Part shown: positions 34,901 through 49,900 of the stretch, in pieces
Position numbering within the stretch: the first letter of the stretch is position 1
Layout of the letters: each line of letters opens with the position of its first letter
Origin: Lytechinus pictus
Lineage: Eukaryota
Assembly: GCF_037042905.1 (NCBI RefSeq)
Contig: NC_087251.1
Span: 11,782,001-11,846,000, forward strand
Reading direction: 5' to 3'
Length of the DNA stretch: 64,000 nt
Notes under the pieces: generated by a model
Databases searched by the model: none
What the model was told of the DNA's origin: nothing
What the model saw: the letters and a program-made list of their open reading frames with translations, nothing else
Made by a program: the position numbers and the translations under genes

Positions 34901-37900
34901 TCATATTGGTGATGATTGCTTATATTTTAACCCGCATAGAGAAGTAATTGTTAGATACCATTTGTTTGTGTGTGTGGGGGGGGGGCATGTGGAAGGGAGG
35001 GTGAGGCTTGTGACATGAGTCCTGTTGGCTGTTGCATAATAGTTAATTTTATGGTAAATTTGCAAATTAATGGTAACTACCATGGCAACACTGCTCAACA
35101 GCCAATCAAAATTAAAGATTCTATGAAAGCTACAACTCAATGGCAAAGTAAGCAACTCTTTTTTATGTAATAGGCCCATGTTAGTTTAATCAAAGGCCTG
35201 GGATATTTATGTGCCCATTTCCAATTTTTACATTTGTTTTGTGGTGTAATATCGAAATATACATTTTAGAAAAGTTGCTTTATCTTTGAAAATGTTGAAA
35301 TTTAAGGCCTGTAATGATGCTTTTCTTAATGGTATTCTATTTATAATAATCAACTCATATTATTGTAAATTTGTATTATTTCAGGTGTGCAGAAATTTCA
35401 CCAAATTATAGAGAGCAGTGTCTAGATAATTTTGAGGTAAGGATTTTGCTCTCCAAAAGAATTCTTTGACATACATGTATATGATGATCAATCAAATAAA
35501 ATTTAGGATCGATCCTTAAGTTGAAAGTGAAAATGATTTTCTATTTTGTTCATATATGCATCCAGTGCATAGATTAAATTTCTGTAAATATTTGAACATT
35601 GTTAATCAATTAACCAGGCCTGTAGTAAATACAAAATATTGCATTAATACTGCTTTACTGTATTTAAGAACCACAGTTCAGTTTTATTGACATTTACATG
35701 TTTATTGTTTATTTGTTGACAGATTCCTGCTGATCATCTAGGTGGTCTGTGGACATGGGATGCTGTTAACCCAGAGCCTTCAGTCACCCATTATGAGGAA
35801 GGATCCGGCATTCCTAATTCTGATATCGTGATCTATGTTAAGGCTGAGCATACTGAGCGTTGTGATTCAGGGGTGAGTCATTGTTCAGGCATCTTATGAA
35901 CTGTTTCTAGGACACTTTCCGTACTATATATCCATGATAAATGTACTCTCACTTTATTAGACTTAAATGAATATTATGATATTTCAATAGATATAATTTT
36001 AAATGAAGCAATACTGACTTTCAAATGTCAATAAATGTAACAGATGCATAAACAATGCATTCAGTAATTCACTGAAAAGGTTCATCTGATTGGTATGATG
36101 GCATAATTAAATGCAATAAATAATTTCCCAGCTTGATTAAAGGGGGAAGCAAGAAGGAATATTGTATCAATGAGGCTCATTTTTAATTTTTTAACAGTGG
36201 AGAAATATTTTGATAATGTTTTTTTTTACCCTTGATTTTATTGATAGGATGTGTTTGCGTATGCCTCCTACTGCAAGCAGGATCAGTTTCTCAGACCTAT
36301 TGCTGGAGTGATCAATTTTTGTCCCAACCCTCTACTGAGTGGAGAATATGATCAAGATAAGTTTACCCTGGTAAGTCATACAAATTGATTTTCATTAGGA
36401 GTGTTGCAAGAAGGTGTTTGTTATGGATTGCAAATAATGATGAAAGTTAATATCTAATGCAGATTTACAATTGATCAATCAGTTTTAATTACCGTTATAG
36501 TTAATCAATATGTAATTTGTGCTGTAAGAAGCCAACATATAATCAATCGATAGACTTTAGATTAATTTTTTTGCCTAAAATATATTTCAATTCATTGCAA
36601 AGGTCTTGCTATGCTCCCTATTTCTAATTCAATTGAAAAGTTGACTTAATAGTTACATGTAGTATGTAGATGAGCCTTAGATTGCACAAGTTTGTACAAA
36701 TTTACTCCATTTAAACACATTCATGTAATGGCAATTAACAATTTGGATAGCAACATTAGAATATACCTCTGGTATAGCTTTGAGGAAATATCTAAATGGC
36801 ACTTTAATGGAAGTGTGATGTCACAGACATAATGTTGATTGCTTGAACAAATGACTTCGTAAAACATCTCACATGATAGTGATGCCTGTTTTGACTTTCT
36901 ACTGATTTTCTCCATTTTTTTAAGTTAGAGCGTATAATGAACAGTGTTCATGGCATCCTTTGAAGTGCATTAGTAGTTTCTTTAATAAATAGTCTTTCAG
37001 TTAAATGTAAATCATTTGTGAAGTGCTGAAGTATTGTTATATGTGGTATGTTTGATTATGGATAAATGGGTTATACCCTAATTAATAATTTCAATTACCT
37101 CAAATTAATAAAATTTCCAAATGGGCTTGCATTTCTGTCCAATTCAGCTTGCCTTGCATGAGGTATTTCATGTCCTTGGATTTTCTACAAGTCTTTTTGA
37201 CCAGTTTCAAGAATGCAGTGTATTTGGTAAGTTACATTTACTCTTAGTAAATTAGCTATATGCAACTTAGAGACCGTCTGTAAAAAAATTGTATACAGGC
37301 ACATCCCCACATATTGTTTGAAACTGCTGCTTTCTTGTCATCTTATTGATTCATTTTTAAGGGGATGGGGTGGGGCAGAGCATGGAGAGTTGATGGTCTT
37401 CACTGAATTTCCATAACTGATGTTGAAAGTGTACATCACATAATGTACACCTGGATCTTTTATGAGGATTAAAAAATGAGAAAAGATAAATATTTTTAGC
37501 TTATAAATAAACACAATTATCAGATGATTGATATGAAATGAAAGAGAGAGGGGGGGGGGGGGGTGGAAATAAAACAATAATGTACTGTGTTTTGATGGGG
37601 TGGGTTCTCATCCCACCGCTGCCACTAGTTGTAAGGTGTAAAATTATAAGTGTAGTCAGGGGTAGAAATGATATAAGTTCACAGCAGCAAACAGAAATCA
37701 ATCAGCCAAAGGGAAAATAAGTGAAACTGTAGAGGATGCAAATCAATTGAACAGAAACCGAAGAAGTCTGGTTGTGCTCTAATTTAATATGTGGGCTAAT
37801 TTGCCCCAGCTCAACTCAGAATCATAGTATAATTTACAAAAATATTTAAATTAGAAATAACAACCAACAAAACGAAAGAGAATGGAAGGATCAAACTAAA

Positions 37901-40900
37901 ATGTAAGAACTCAATTCATAAGATAAACCAATGAGGAGATGAAGATGATGAAGATGTCTGGGTGATTATATGGGAATAGAAACTAAGGAGTCAGGTGAGG
38001 AATGTAATGAGTGGAACACCTGAATAGAAAAGGAATGAAGATGACAAAAGAGAATCAGAAGAATGGAATTCAATGTGGAGAAGGATGAATGGCAACTGAA
38101 TATCATTTAACTCAACCTTAGTTCAGACTGCAAGGGCAGTGCAGAAAAGAAATGCAAATGAACTCAAGTCTCGACTGAACAGAAATGTAAAACAGCTGAA
38201 GAAAGCACAATTTAAAGGAAATAAACATAAGAAATTGACAAAATAAGCATCCTACAATAATTTGAAATATAACTGACATAGTTTTTCTTTATAAGGTGAG
38301 GTGTATGAATACTTATTGATGAGCACTAGTTGAAGAAATATTTTGTTTTGTTAATATCCATTTGCATTATGTTGTTTGTTTTCTGTAGAAGGTGAACTAC
38401 AGTGTGAGACCAGGGATGATGTAGTGAGAGTAGATGCTATGGGACAGTCAAGACTTCACACCCCAGCAGTTGTGGCTGCATCTCAGGCTCATTTTGGATG
38501 CTTTGAAGAGGAAGAAAGAGGTGTTCCTCTTGAAAATTTGGTAAGAAAATAATGACTTATGTACAATGAGTTCTTCCTTTGAAAATTTGGGAAATATTTG
38601 ATGAGTGTCTTTTCTAAAAGACTTCACACTTCTGAGATACACATCCCAAACCTATCTTTTCTATTATGTTGCTGCAATGCAGTGGGCTCTTATGGCAGAT
38701 GCTACTGTTTTAAGAAAACAGAAATTACATGATTCAACCACAGGAAGCAATTGTCCCTCAATAAATTTTCAAGTGATTGCAGGGGAACCAACACACACAT
38801 GAAGGAAAAGAAAAAAAACCAAGAGTATAGAAAAGATGTTTTGGTCATGTAACTACGCAATACCCTTATTTATAAAATTAAAACGTACCTTTCATGTTTT
38901 TAAAATGTTGATCACCCCCCCCCCCCCCCCCCCCGTCCCTCAATCAAATTTAAAATCCAATTACCCTGATGCAGTGTATTTTGGACTTTATTCATGAGCA
39001 TTGAAACTTTTATTTGTATCCCTGTACGTTGTGATGCAGTTAATTTTTCTCTTATTTGCAGGGTGGAGAAGGTCTCTCATCTCACTGGGAAACAAGATAC
39101 ATGTATGGATCGGTCATGGCTCCTGCAATCCTACAGGTATAAACTCACATATCATTTCTTCATTATTGATATCTTGAAGCCATACTCAGTAAATGAAAGG
39201 CTTTGAAAGATATGGATGTAGATATGGATGATTTAAGTTCTGACATCATTTAGTTTAGCTAACCAGACATTGGGAAATAATGGAATACAGAGTGAATCCA
39301 GAATATGCTGAAAATTTGCAACACAGCACAAGTTAGAACATGTTGTATTATTTTTGTTAGAAATGGTTCCCTCTAAATGATACACAGCCATGCTTAACTC
39401 ATTTCTTGCATAATCATTGGGTTCATACAAATACTTTGGTTGTCATTTTGTTGGATTATGTTTAAATTCATTTTCATAGCTTTAATTACCACAACTAGAA
39501 TTTATATTTAATGGCCCAAAATTTTGTTTATTATTCTGTATTATATCGCCAGGAAGTATAACCTTGTGTTTCCATCTAACATGATATTTTACAGAATAAG
39601 TATTTGAAATAAAATGATTCCAAGGATTAATCAGATACAGCCCGACCTCTCTTATCCGGCCTCCCCTTATCTAGCCTCCCCTTATCTGGATCTCTCTATT
39701 ATCCCGACGCACACTTGCAGAGATTTCTTTTTTTTTTCAATCTAGTACGTGGCCTTGGGGAAATGAGATTTCAATCTAAACTCAAAATTCCTAAGCAAAC
39801 TCACTTTCATTACATACATTTTCCAAGATGGTCTACCTACAAACACCCTATATTTTATGAAAATATCTTACCCAAATCAGCAAAAGAAATTAGAAAGGAT
39901 AATTTTCCAGGAAATCAGGGCACAGCACAACCATTTAATCATGTTCTCTTTTTTTTCATGAAAAAAACAACACATGTGTCACTAGCTAGCGCTAGGCCTC
40001 GATACGGACAGCGCCATCTATCATGTTTGAGCCTACAGTCATAACAATGGCTGACTTTGCGAAGCTGCGATGCTCGCCGCGATGATCCAATTTTAAAACT
40101 TAGTTTCATCAAGTCATTCTCTTTTGAGGTATGCTCGATGTATACCTCGATCATTTCAGCAGGTAAATTATCCAAGAGTTTGGGTATTAACCAATTGATT
40201 TCATTTTCGTAAAAATGCCTATAATTTGCACTGACACTGCAGTGAATACTGTCTGTGTACGCCCACTACAATAGATTACGTGTAGCTACCATATGGAGGC
40301 AGCTGCATGTATTTAACATTGGGTCTTCCAGATCCGGATAAATCTCTTAATTATCAAGATTGCTGCTGGTCCCAACATGTCTGGATAAGAGAGTTTGGAC
40401 TGTATAAATGGAATCATATGCTAAAAGGCACAGTGGGGTCACTCACCCACAGAGGGGGACGCGTATGACCGTTACCACAAATGCAAGTAACCCCCTATTG
40501 CGGTCAATTTCAAGGACATTTTGTGAAATTTACCCCCCTATTTTCACGCAAAACAAGGACAAAATGTTACCTTGAAACACCCCTATTTACCATATTTCAA
40601 GGACAGGGCATTTATACCCTTTCCTCATAAGAGGAGATTGCAACACAGGCATCAGAGTGCTCAGTCCTTAAAGATGACCAAGAGCCATGTCATACTGATA
40701 CAATAATCCAAAAGAACTTTTATTTTTCTTGAAAATGAAGAAAAAGTAGAATTCTTTGTAAAAATAAATGTAGAGTTGTCCACAGAGCATGATCAGTTAG
40801 TATGCACTCCTTATCCCCGACCATTCACCATACAGCGAAAGGTAGGGGATGGGACTAGAGGTATGTGAGGCGTAGTCATACTAAGAATTCTCACTAAAAA

Positions 40901-43900
40901 TTTAAAAATAAGAGAGTTTGACTTTCCAGTCTTTCTCCCCGAACCAGGGACACTTACCTCTCTGATGGGATATTTCCATCTATATATTAGTACTTTTACG
41001 ATTAAGACTAGTAACTTAGATGTAGATATAGACTAAAGATAAAATTCTGCCTCCACCCATTGGTGGCGCCATCCCTGCAATTAACCGCCTATGGCCTATA
41101 GGGTGGGCTAAGGTTTCTGCCGCCGAAAGCTCCAGCGGCGCAGGTCCTTATCTTTGGCTAGGGTATTGTGTAGGGTAGTCCCATATGCTAAATTTTATGC
41201 ACTGTTTTAAGTAGATATTAAATGGATTTCCTTTAAAAATAACATGGAACAACTTGTTTAAAGATAATTTAACCTTGACAGTCATAGTAAATCACTCTTT
41301 TCAACACGTTGAGGTACTTTGTGCAAAACATAATTACACAAAACTTAAAAAAATGCAAAGTTTCTCTCTTATCAAACACTTTTTTCGACATTATTTTGGA
41401 AGCCAATGTATGCAAAATAACAGAAGATATATTGACAAAAGGGCACCTTTAAATGTTAAAATACTCACATTGGCGTCTAGAAAATATGTCCATGAGTTGA
41501 AAGTGTCGAAGTATTTAATCACGAAATGTGAGAAAACGTGTAATTTATTAAAATTGCTGGAGGTATGCACCTAGCAGAAGATCACAAGTGCAGAAAATTT
41601 GCCAGAGGGAACTAATTGGGACTCCTTGAAATATCTGACCAATCAGAGCACACTTCCGGTTTCGTCACTCTGTTTGTTTATTTACTACTCTGACATTGAT
41701 ATGAGCGCACCCTCTGCGGCTGGTGCATCGGCGACAGGTTCGGGGATTTTTCTTCCCGTGACCGTGTTTCTCCCCTTTTTCCTGACCCCTATTTCCATCA
41801 GATCGAGGACGGTGAGCACCCCTATTTTCATTACTTCGAGGAGTGTTCTGTACGCGGACGTTCCATGAAATTGACCTCTTTTCCTGCGATTTTGGTAACG
41901 GTCATGCAGTCCCCAAGTCACATTGAGTGACCCCACCAGGCTAAAAGGGTAGAACTGACTATACAGTATTATGATATACTTGCACTCTTTGTTAAAATTT
42001 GATTTTATACCTTTCATTTAGTGAATACATTGATTGAATGAGTAGAAATCCAGTCAGTTTAAATACTGAAATGAGTTCTTGTCACAAAGAACCACCTACA
42101 CCTATACACAGAGGTGGGACTGTTACTTGTGATGCCACATGTGACTGTAGTCCCATGTACTCATATCTGTGCAGTGCTTAAAGTGAGAATTTCATCATGA
42201 TTGAGTCACTCTGCTATAATATTTGAGAATCAATATCATAAATAGCACACTTTTTTACTTATTGTACTAAATAAGACTTTAATTCTCACTAAATACCTCA
42301 GCATTTCTCAAAGTATTTGTCTTTATTTCCAAATTTAAGGCGCACAAAGGAATGGTAGGCCTATATATTAACATGATTTGTGAATAATGTGACTCAGAAT
42401 TAAAACAAATATATGAAATCAATACCATATTTTTTTTAGGCACACTCAACCTTCCTTGATAATATGACCCTGGCTGTGTTTGAGGATTCGGGTTGGTACA
42501 AAGTAAATTATGAATATGCTGGGGACTTTCTCTGGGGTAAAGGCCAAGGATGTGAGTTTGGAACGGTTGAGTACTGCTCTACAAACTTCACCCAGTTCTT
42601 CTGTAATAATAGGTTGGTAGAGAACATATTGGTGATGATATATATTCTATAAACAATTATTTAATATTTTCAGTTCATTAGAACGAAGGAGGCATTATAA
42701 AAGTAATATATTCAAAGGATTTCGCTTTCTTGTACATAGCTCATGAATATTCATGAGTTTATTGAAAATAATGCATATCATGATTTACCATATTTGATAG
42801 TAAGATGAATCACTTCTGTAGCAAAACTATTTTAGTATTAATGCAGTATTGCATTGTAATGTTAAATCGCCTCTTCGGGTATTCATTATGCAAATTAAGC
42901 TACATGTAGTGTATATGAATGAGCTCATTTGCATAATTTATGCACAAAGTATGATTTCTGTTGTTAGACTTTTGTAGAAGCCTCATCGCTGCAGTTTTTT
43001 TCACATAGTTTTGTCAGTTTTCAATGTTTAGTTATATTCTGCATAATTTTATATCATAATCACTAATTATGTACCAAATAAAGTGACTATCTTATATATT
43101 AACTGTATAATGGGTACACACACATGGGAATGATACATATAGTCCATGATCCATAATGTGATTTCACTCAGAAGATTTGTTATCCAAGTTACACACAGAG
43201 GACGTAGTTTCTCATCACTGACTTGGGGGAAAGTCCCTGGACCCATTAGTAGAGAGTACTGCATAATGATGATGTTATGTCTGTTTAGTCTGTGGTCCTC
43301 TCTCATGGGCTAAGAGGTCGTTAGGACTGAGCCTGAGGATAGACTAGGCATTTGTCAAAGCACAGTCATGCAAATACCACTTCTGCTGGTAACAGAATAG
43401 GGCTCACTCTCTGAGTATATTCTTTTTGTAGCATATTCTTTCAATATGCATGTACAATCGGGAGAGCAAGGATTTACTCGGGGAGGGGGGGGGGGGTGAG
43501 GAGGGGGCAAAAGTTGAGACATGTTCAAGAGACACTTTAAGTATGTTATTTGCACCAAATGTTTTTAAAGATGAAACTGCAATAACAAACCTTTTGAACA
43601 ATATCATAATTTTTATTTCATGTATCTCAGTGTCTCAGGCTGTGACTACCTAGGGCTAAACAAGGCTACATGTACCACAAATACCTATCTAGATGGATGT
43701 AAGATTTATTGGCCAGAAACTGAGAATCAGTGTGTGTTTTCTTCCGTTGATGGGAGTCTCAATAGGACGGGTGAAGTAACTGGACCTGAGAGCAAATGTT
43801 TCTTGTCAAATTCATTTTTGGAGGTGAGAATATATGTTTTTCTTTTTTAATTAGGTGATCTGTCTGTTGACAGATCACCTCTTATGTTTCTACAAAATAT

Positions 43901-46900
43901 TTTTATTATTTGTTTTTATTATTTAATTTTCTTTATCCACCCTTTACTTGTTCCACCAAAATCAACAAAAGTCCTTCATCAGTTTTCATCAAAATTTCAT
44001 CAGTTATGCAGACTTATCACTTATCAAGGTCAAAATGTCATCGTGACATCTACGCCCCATTTTGTAAAATGACATTATCAATCCTATCTTCATCATCAAT
44101 TTTTAAAGATTAACAATATTTACATCACATGAACTTCAGGTCAAGGGTCAACAGTCCATGTCACCAAAGGTCATGTACAGGTCACGACGTGCATGTGCAT
44201 CAAAATTTTAAAATGCTCAAAATCACTTTTTGATCAAAGTAGAGTTTGTTTCAGGTCATTTAAAGCATCTCAGGACTTTGCGCGCTCAAACGTTTTTTGG
44301 GCGTGTTCTCACGCATAACTCCGTAACGCAAAGTGAAATCGTCAATTTCTTTACGTCAATGCGTTGATTATGAAATTCTTAACAATTTTATAGCTTAGTC
44401 AACCTACAACCAGTAATAAAGGAATAAGCTTCCATCAAAGTTTGCATCCCGCGCACTCACAATAGGCCAAATATGTACCAAAACATGTCCATAGAAAATT
44501 CAATAGACCAGTAATTCTTCAGATCCGTTGACCCCCAAATTTTCTGTCATATTGGAATAAAGTATGAACCGTAGATATGATTCCATGCCTCATTTGACCC
44601 TCAGTTTTATCATGATGTCATCAAAATGGCATTGGAATGCAAAATTTCAATTTTTGTTTTCAAAATTATGCAAATATGACTATAATTCAGTAAATATCGG
44701 CCTTTTTTCGCCCAGTTTTTCGATATATTGTACCTAGGGTCATACTCTTTCCAAATAATTTTTTTACTACTCATTTACATAAATTGATCATCCTCAAAAA
44801 TGACAATTTATAGGAGCATATCGCTATAATAATCTTCCACTTTCTCAATTCAATTTGAGATTATTTTCATTCTTTGCAAGATAAGTCTATGAGAAACCTT
44901 GTGGTCGAATGGATAGCGTGTCCACCTTGTAAAGCTAGGGTCCTTGGTTCGAAACTCACTTAACTTTTTTTTTTATTACTTTTTTTGTGTGCTCATATTG
45001 CATGTAATCCCTATTAGTAAGGGTTTTTTTTTCTTCTCAGACCTGGATTCTACATTCATGTATTTCGTCAATATTATGTTCACTATTTCTTGTCGTCTTT
45101 TGCGAAATTAGAATTGACATTCTCTATTAAAACAACCTTTTCACATAACTCTCTTATTACCTGTCTTTCAACAGTGTTTAACTTGTTTGTTCATTAATAA
45201 AAGTCCTCTTACTATCATGATGATCATATTTATCTGCATTAACAAGGTGATCTTGATCGAAAATAAGATTGTGACCATGATCATTAGAATCACAGACAGA
45301 TCACCTAATTTATCCCCATGACAAATTAAAATTCTAGTTATTATTTCTATTTTTATTTTTTGTCTCTCTTGCTTTTGAAAAGATATTACTATTATTATTT
45401 TTGCTGTTGTTAACCTTTTTTCAGGATTTTTTTACAAGGTTTCTTAAAAGTAATTTATTAGGATGTTTATAATGTACTTGTATGTGAAGTTTCAACTGTG
45501 TGGAAGCCCTCATGAATAAAGAGATTGACAAAAGCAAAAATGATGATAAATGTTGCATTCAAGTACCTTGAACCTTGAAGAGGTAATAATACCATTAATA
45601 GAGCAGCTCTTTCCAGGCTAAATTGATGTGGGATGTAATGTGACAATATGTGGTACAATTGTTTTATGTACAATAAATATGATTAATCATTGACAAAATA
45701 CATGATCACTAGTCAACTGATCAAAACTACTTTGGATTAAATATTGCAAGGGGCTGATATTGTGACCCATTTATCTTAATCCTGGTGTTTACCTCTGTAA
45801 ATCCAGGGATCATGTACCCCGGGAGATCTAGAAGGCAGATGTTATGCAACAAGATGTGGAAATTCTTCTGAGACATATGAAATCCGTCTCTTAGACTCAG
45901 ATTGGATTCCATGCCCTGCAGATACAAGTATTCAGGTAAGTACAAAATGTTCTCAAATCAGTGAAATATGTTTTGTACCTATGTGTAAGTGCTATGAGAT
46001 GTTCATAGAGGTGCTATAGTCCAGTGGATTGGTCTCCATACTATACACCATAAGGTACTGGGTTCAAATCTCACTTTGCCAAGATGATTAATCAATGATT
46101 GTCCAACTACCAGGGGTAATTAATGGGGATCTGGCATATTTCAACCTGTCTTCTGAATTGCAAAGGGTTCATGATTTTTTCAGAGCTGTATGAGAATGGC
46201 ATATTATTAATAATCTTAAACTTGTTTATTCCCAAGTACATATAACTTGTTGATTTTTTTTAACTTAAGAATATGAAGATAAAAGAATAAACATATTAAT
46301 TTGTGTTTGGATTTATAAGCCATACTAGTTTTAGTAATCTTTACCAATGACATTACATGTTTGCTGGATATATATTGTTAAACAAATTGAATCATTATTT
46401 CAGACTATATTGATCATAACAGACACAGTGAAAATCAACCAAAAACATGACTGATGGACAGAATTAAACAGATTTAATTGGATTATCTCATGGGGATTGG
46501 TCTACACGATTCTGTCAGTCAACCATTTTGAATTGTAAATTTTACTAAATATAAAATAGAATATATGATGTAAACAATTAATGCACTTATACTTTTCAAT
46601 CACCTCAATAAAAAAGGAACATAAATCCAGAGGTAAGCTATTTGACTGTATTTTTAATTGAATTATCATTCACTTGCACATTGCACATCTTCATTGTTTT
46701 TTTCTTTTTTTTTGCAGCTACAACGCTTTGTGAGTGGTCATGTGAAAGTGAAAAATTTCTCTTTTTATTTCCCAAAGGGCTTATGGGGGGGGGGGGATTA
46801 TTTCTCAGTACTACATTTGGTATTATGATTCATCAACACAAAATTTTCGTCATTTATTGTTTTTTTGGCAAATTTGCTTGTCTTTGTTTTATTTTCTGCT

Positions 46901-49900
46901 ATTTCAATGATATGGCCTGATTGAAAAAAAATACTGGTATGTTGCTTTTTACACCTTTATTGTTATGGATTTTTATACTGCATTGTGTTTTTTGCATCTT
47001 TTATATGGTCTTTCATTTTTATTTCATTTTCATTTCATTTTATTTTCCACAAATCAATCAAAATACAAAAAACATATAACTCATTCCGAAATAGTATGCA
47101 TAATGACAATATAAATGCAGATTCAAAGTGGATGGACCTAAAGTAAAGCAAAAGCTTGTTGTGGATAGGCCCTTAACAAATAAGTAATGTGTAATCATTG
47201 ATAGCTAAAAATAGTTGCAGAAAAAATAGAAGAAAAAAACAGCAACAAAAAATTTGCTCTATGAAGAAATGAGGTGATATTAGATCATTGCACTGTATCT
47301 TTTTTAAAAACGCAAATGGATGTCTAGTCAAAATTAGAAAAGTGCTATGGCCCTGTAGCTCGAGTCGTATACATTGTAGTTAATGAAGAAAAGAGAATTT
47401 AATTCAAAATGAAATGAGCAATTTGGTTTTGGGTTGCATACCTGCAAACTGTCCTTTCATGTATTAGATAGGAATATTCCTATTTTGGAGAAAAGACAAT
47501 TATTTTAACCTATTTTGATCTCATTGGAAAATTTTCTGTACCGGTAGTTTTAATATGAAATTGTGAATGTTCCGATTTCTAAGTAATGTTTCCAATTTCT
47601 AGGTAATTTGTTTTACTGTCAGGGTTGGCAGGTATGACATTGCAATAGAATGTTAATAGTATTTTATAGTACATGCCAGCTGATAGAAGCTATTATCTGT
47701 TTGGTAGTAAAAAAAAATTTTTGGGGTTGAATAACTTGCTGCCATCATTGCCGGAGATTCTTGTTGTGTGTGTGTCTGGATGTCCAGGTGTGCAGGCAAA
47801 ATGTAGTGTACTATCGCTAATTTTTTTTTTACTGATGTAGCCATGACAACCTGTGTGATGTTTCATAAGTTAGACATGACTAAACACATGTCTTTAAGCA
47901 TGACTGCTGACCCTTTCAAATTCTAAATAATTATGATTCCTGCAGCTAAACGTGAAATCTATTTCTTATACATTAAAATTATTATTTTGACAAGTGTCTG
48001 AATGGAATATTCTATATTTTTCCCAAAGTTTAAGTTAGAGTTATTGGATTCCACCCCATCAGCCTTTTGCACAATATGTTTGCAATGCACAAGGAACCCA
48101 CCACAGTATTTCATTATACTTTCAAGTCTTGCACTTCTTTGAGACCAAATTTGCAACATTCGGGCACATGGTTCTTGAATTACATAACATTCTGTACTTG
48201 CTCATTGGACCCTAACTTTTTTCTTTTTGGGGGGGGGGGGTACTTAAAGTGCCCCCTTCTTTGTGAGATGGGTCCAAATAACCTTTCTTAGAATAGAAAC
48301 ATTTGTATGTATGTTGCAAGTATTTCATGTTTGCAATGATGATAATACTAGCAAAGCATAATGATAAATGATTATTGTCATTATGATTGTTTTTTATCAG
48401 GTTGTTTCTTCGAATTTTTTCATAGGTACCTGGTTATGAAGGCGAGGTTCAATGTCCTTCTGTGGAAGTTGTATGTAAGAACCATTCCTCTCTCGTAAGT
48501 CTGGTCGACCCACCCTGTCTGACCTGTTCTACGACTACTACTTCTGCTTCTTCTATATCAACAACTCAAAGTAAGTCATTATATGTGCATGTGTATGGTC
48601 AACTTGATTTTAAATTTACAGTTTTGTTAATAACTGGGCAATAATGATAATAATCATACTTGCTTATATAGGAACAATCACTTTAGCAGAAGTCTCAAAG
48701 TGCTCAACAATAAGTAGCATAAACAGCATGCAGCATGATTACCCTGGCTTTACCAGCTGTTATGCACTCTGCATTTCACGGAATAAAGCCCTGCCTGCTC
48801 CCAATTAACCTTATCTAGGTTGAGTACAGCACATTATTGTTGAAATTTTGTTAGCAGTATATCTAATAATTCATCTAAATAAAGTCAAACCTTCAGCATT
48901 CACGTGTAGAGGAGAGCAACCTGTCTATAAAGACTGCATGTACAGGCTTGGCCTCCCTGTGAATAATATTCCACATATATATAGAAACACATAGAAACCA
49001 AACCACAAAGACCACTTGCCCACAAAGACTGCTATTCTTGTGTCCCTTAGCAGTTAGATGGTTTTTATATCAAGTTTCACTGTATATGTCATGCATATGA
49101 GTTCATTGTGTGATCTATCATCACTCGAGTTGAGGCTCTGTTCTATCCATTGCACGAAGCCGTTAGACCAAGTGCAATGGGTTGAACACAGCCACAACGA
49201 GAGTGGATAGGTCGCATAATGGACAAATGAAGGCATGCATCATTTGGTTTATACAATCACTCTTCTGGATTGTGTTATTTGACACAATAGAAGAAAAAAA
49301 AAGCGTATGGAATTAAAATATATTTGCCTTTGTCTGGCAATTAATTTTCTCTGAGAACATGATTATTTTTCCCCCATGTAGGCTACATGTACATTGTATG
49401 AAAGCAGTTAATTGTTTTCATTCTTTTGTAACACACTTTGATACATGAATCTGCGTGCGCACAGTCAGCCTTGTTGATGCGCATACTTCGTTGCACGCAA
49501 ACACACACACATACAAAATGTACGTAGACACACACATGCTCAGTGGTGCACACTAAGGGAGAGACCTCAACCATGCAATTTAAAAATATAAGATGCACGG
49601 TCGCCGTGCAATGGAAAATAGAGTTTGCATGTTGCACAAAATAGATCATATATTGAATGGCTTTCAACCAATCAAATGACAAGAATCTTTGTATGAATTG
49701 TATTATACCCTTTAGTATTAACCTACCCCTCTTTCTCTCTCTCTCTTCCTCTCAGCTACCCGAGGTGAAGTTCATGATGAAGTTAATTTCTCATTAGAGT
49801 TCAATGACCTTTCTTACTCAGAGGTCAATGAAGGGTCAGAGGTCATTGCCTTCAAAGCTGTTTTGATTGAGTGTATTGCAGATACTGTTCTGCTTCCTCA

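Noticed and set aside
35073..35090. RFX X-box-like GTAACTACCATGGCAAC in a CIROP intron
   Set aside because: It lies in what looks like a small repeat-derived segment with CCAATC motifs, so it cannot be separated from a common repeat word.
44893..44965. Functional tRNA gene
   Set aside because: Acceptor and anticodon stems do not pair properly and it lies within a repeat; treated as tRNA-derived.
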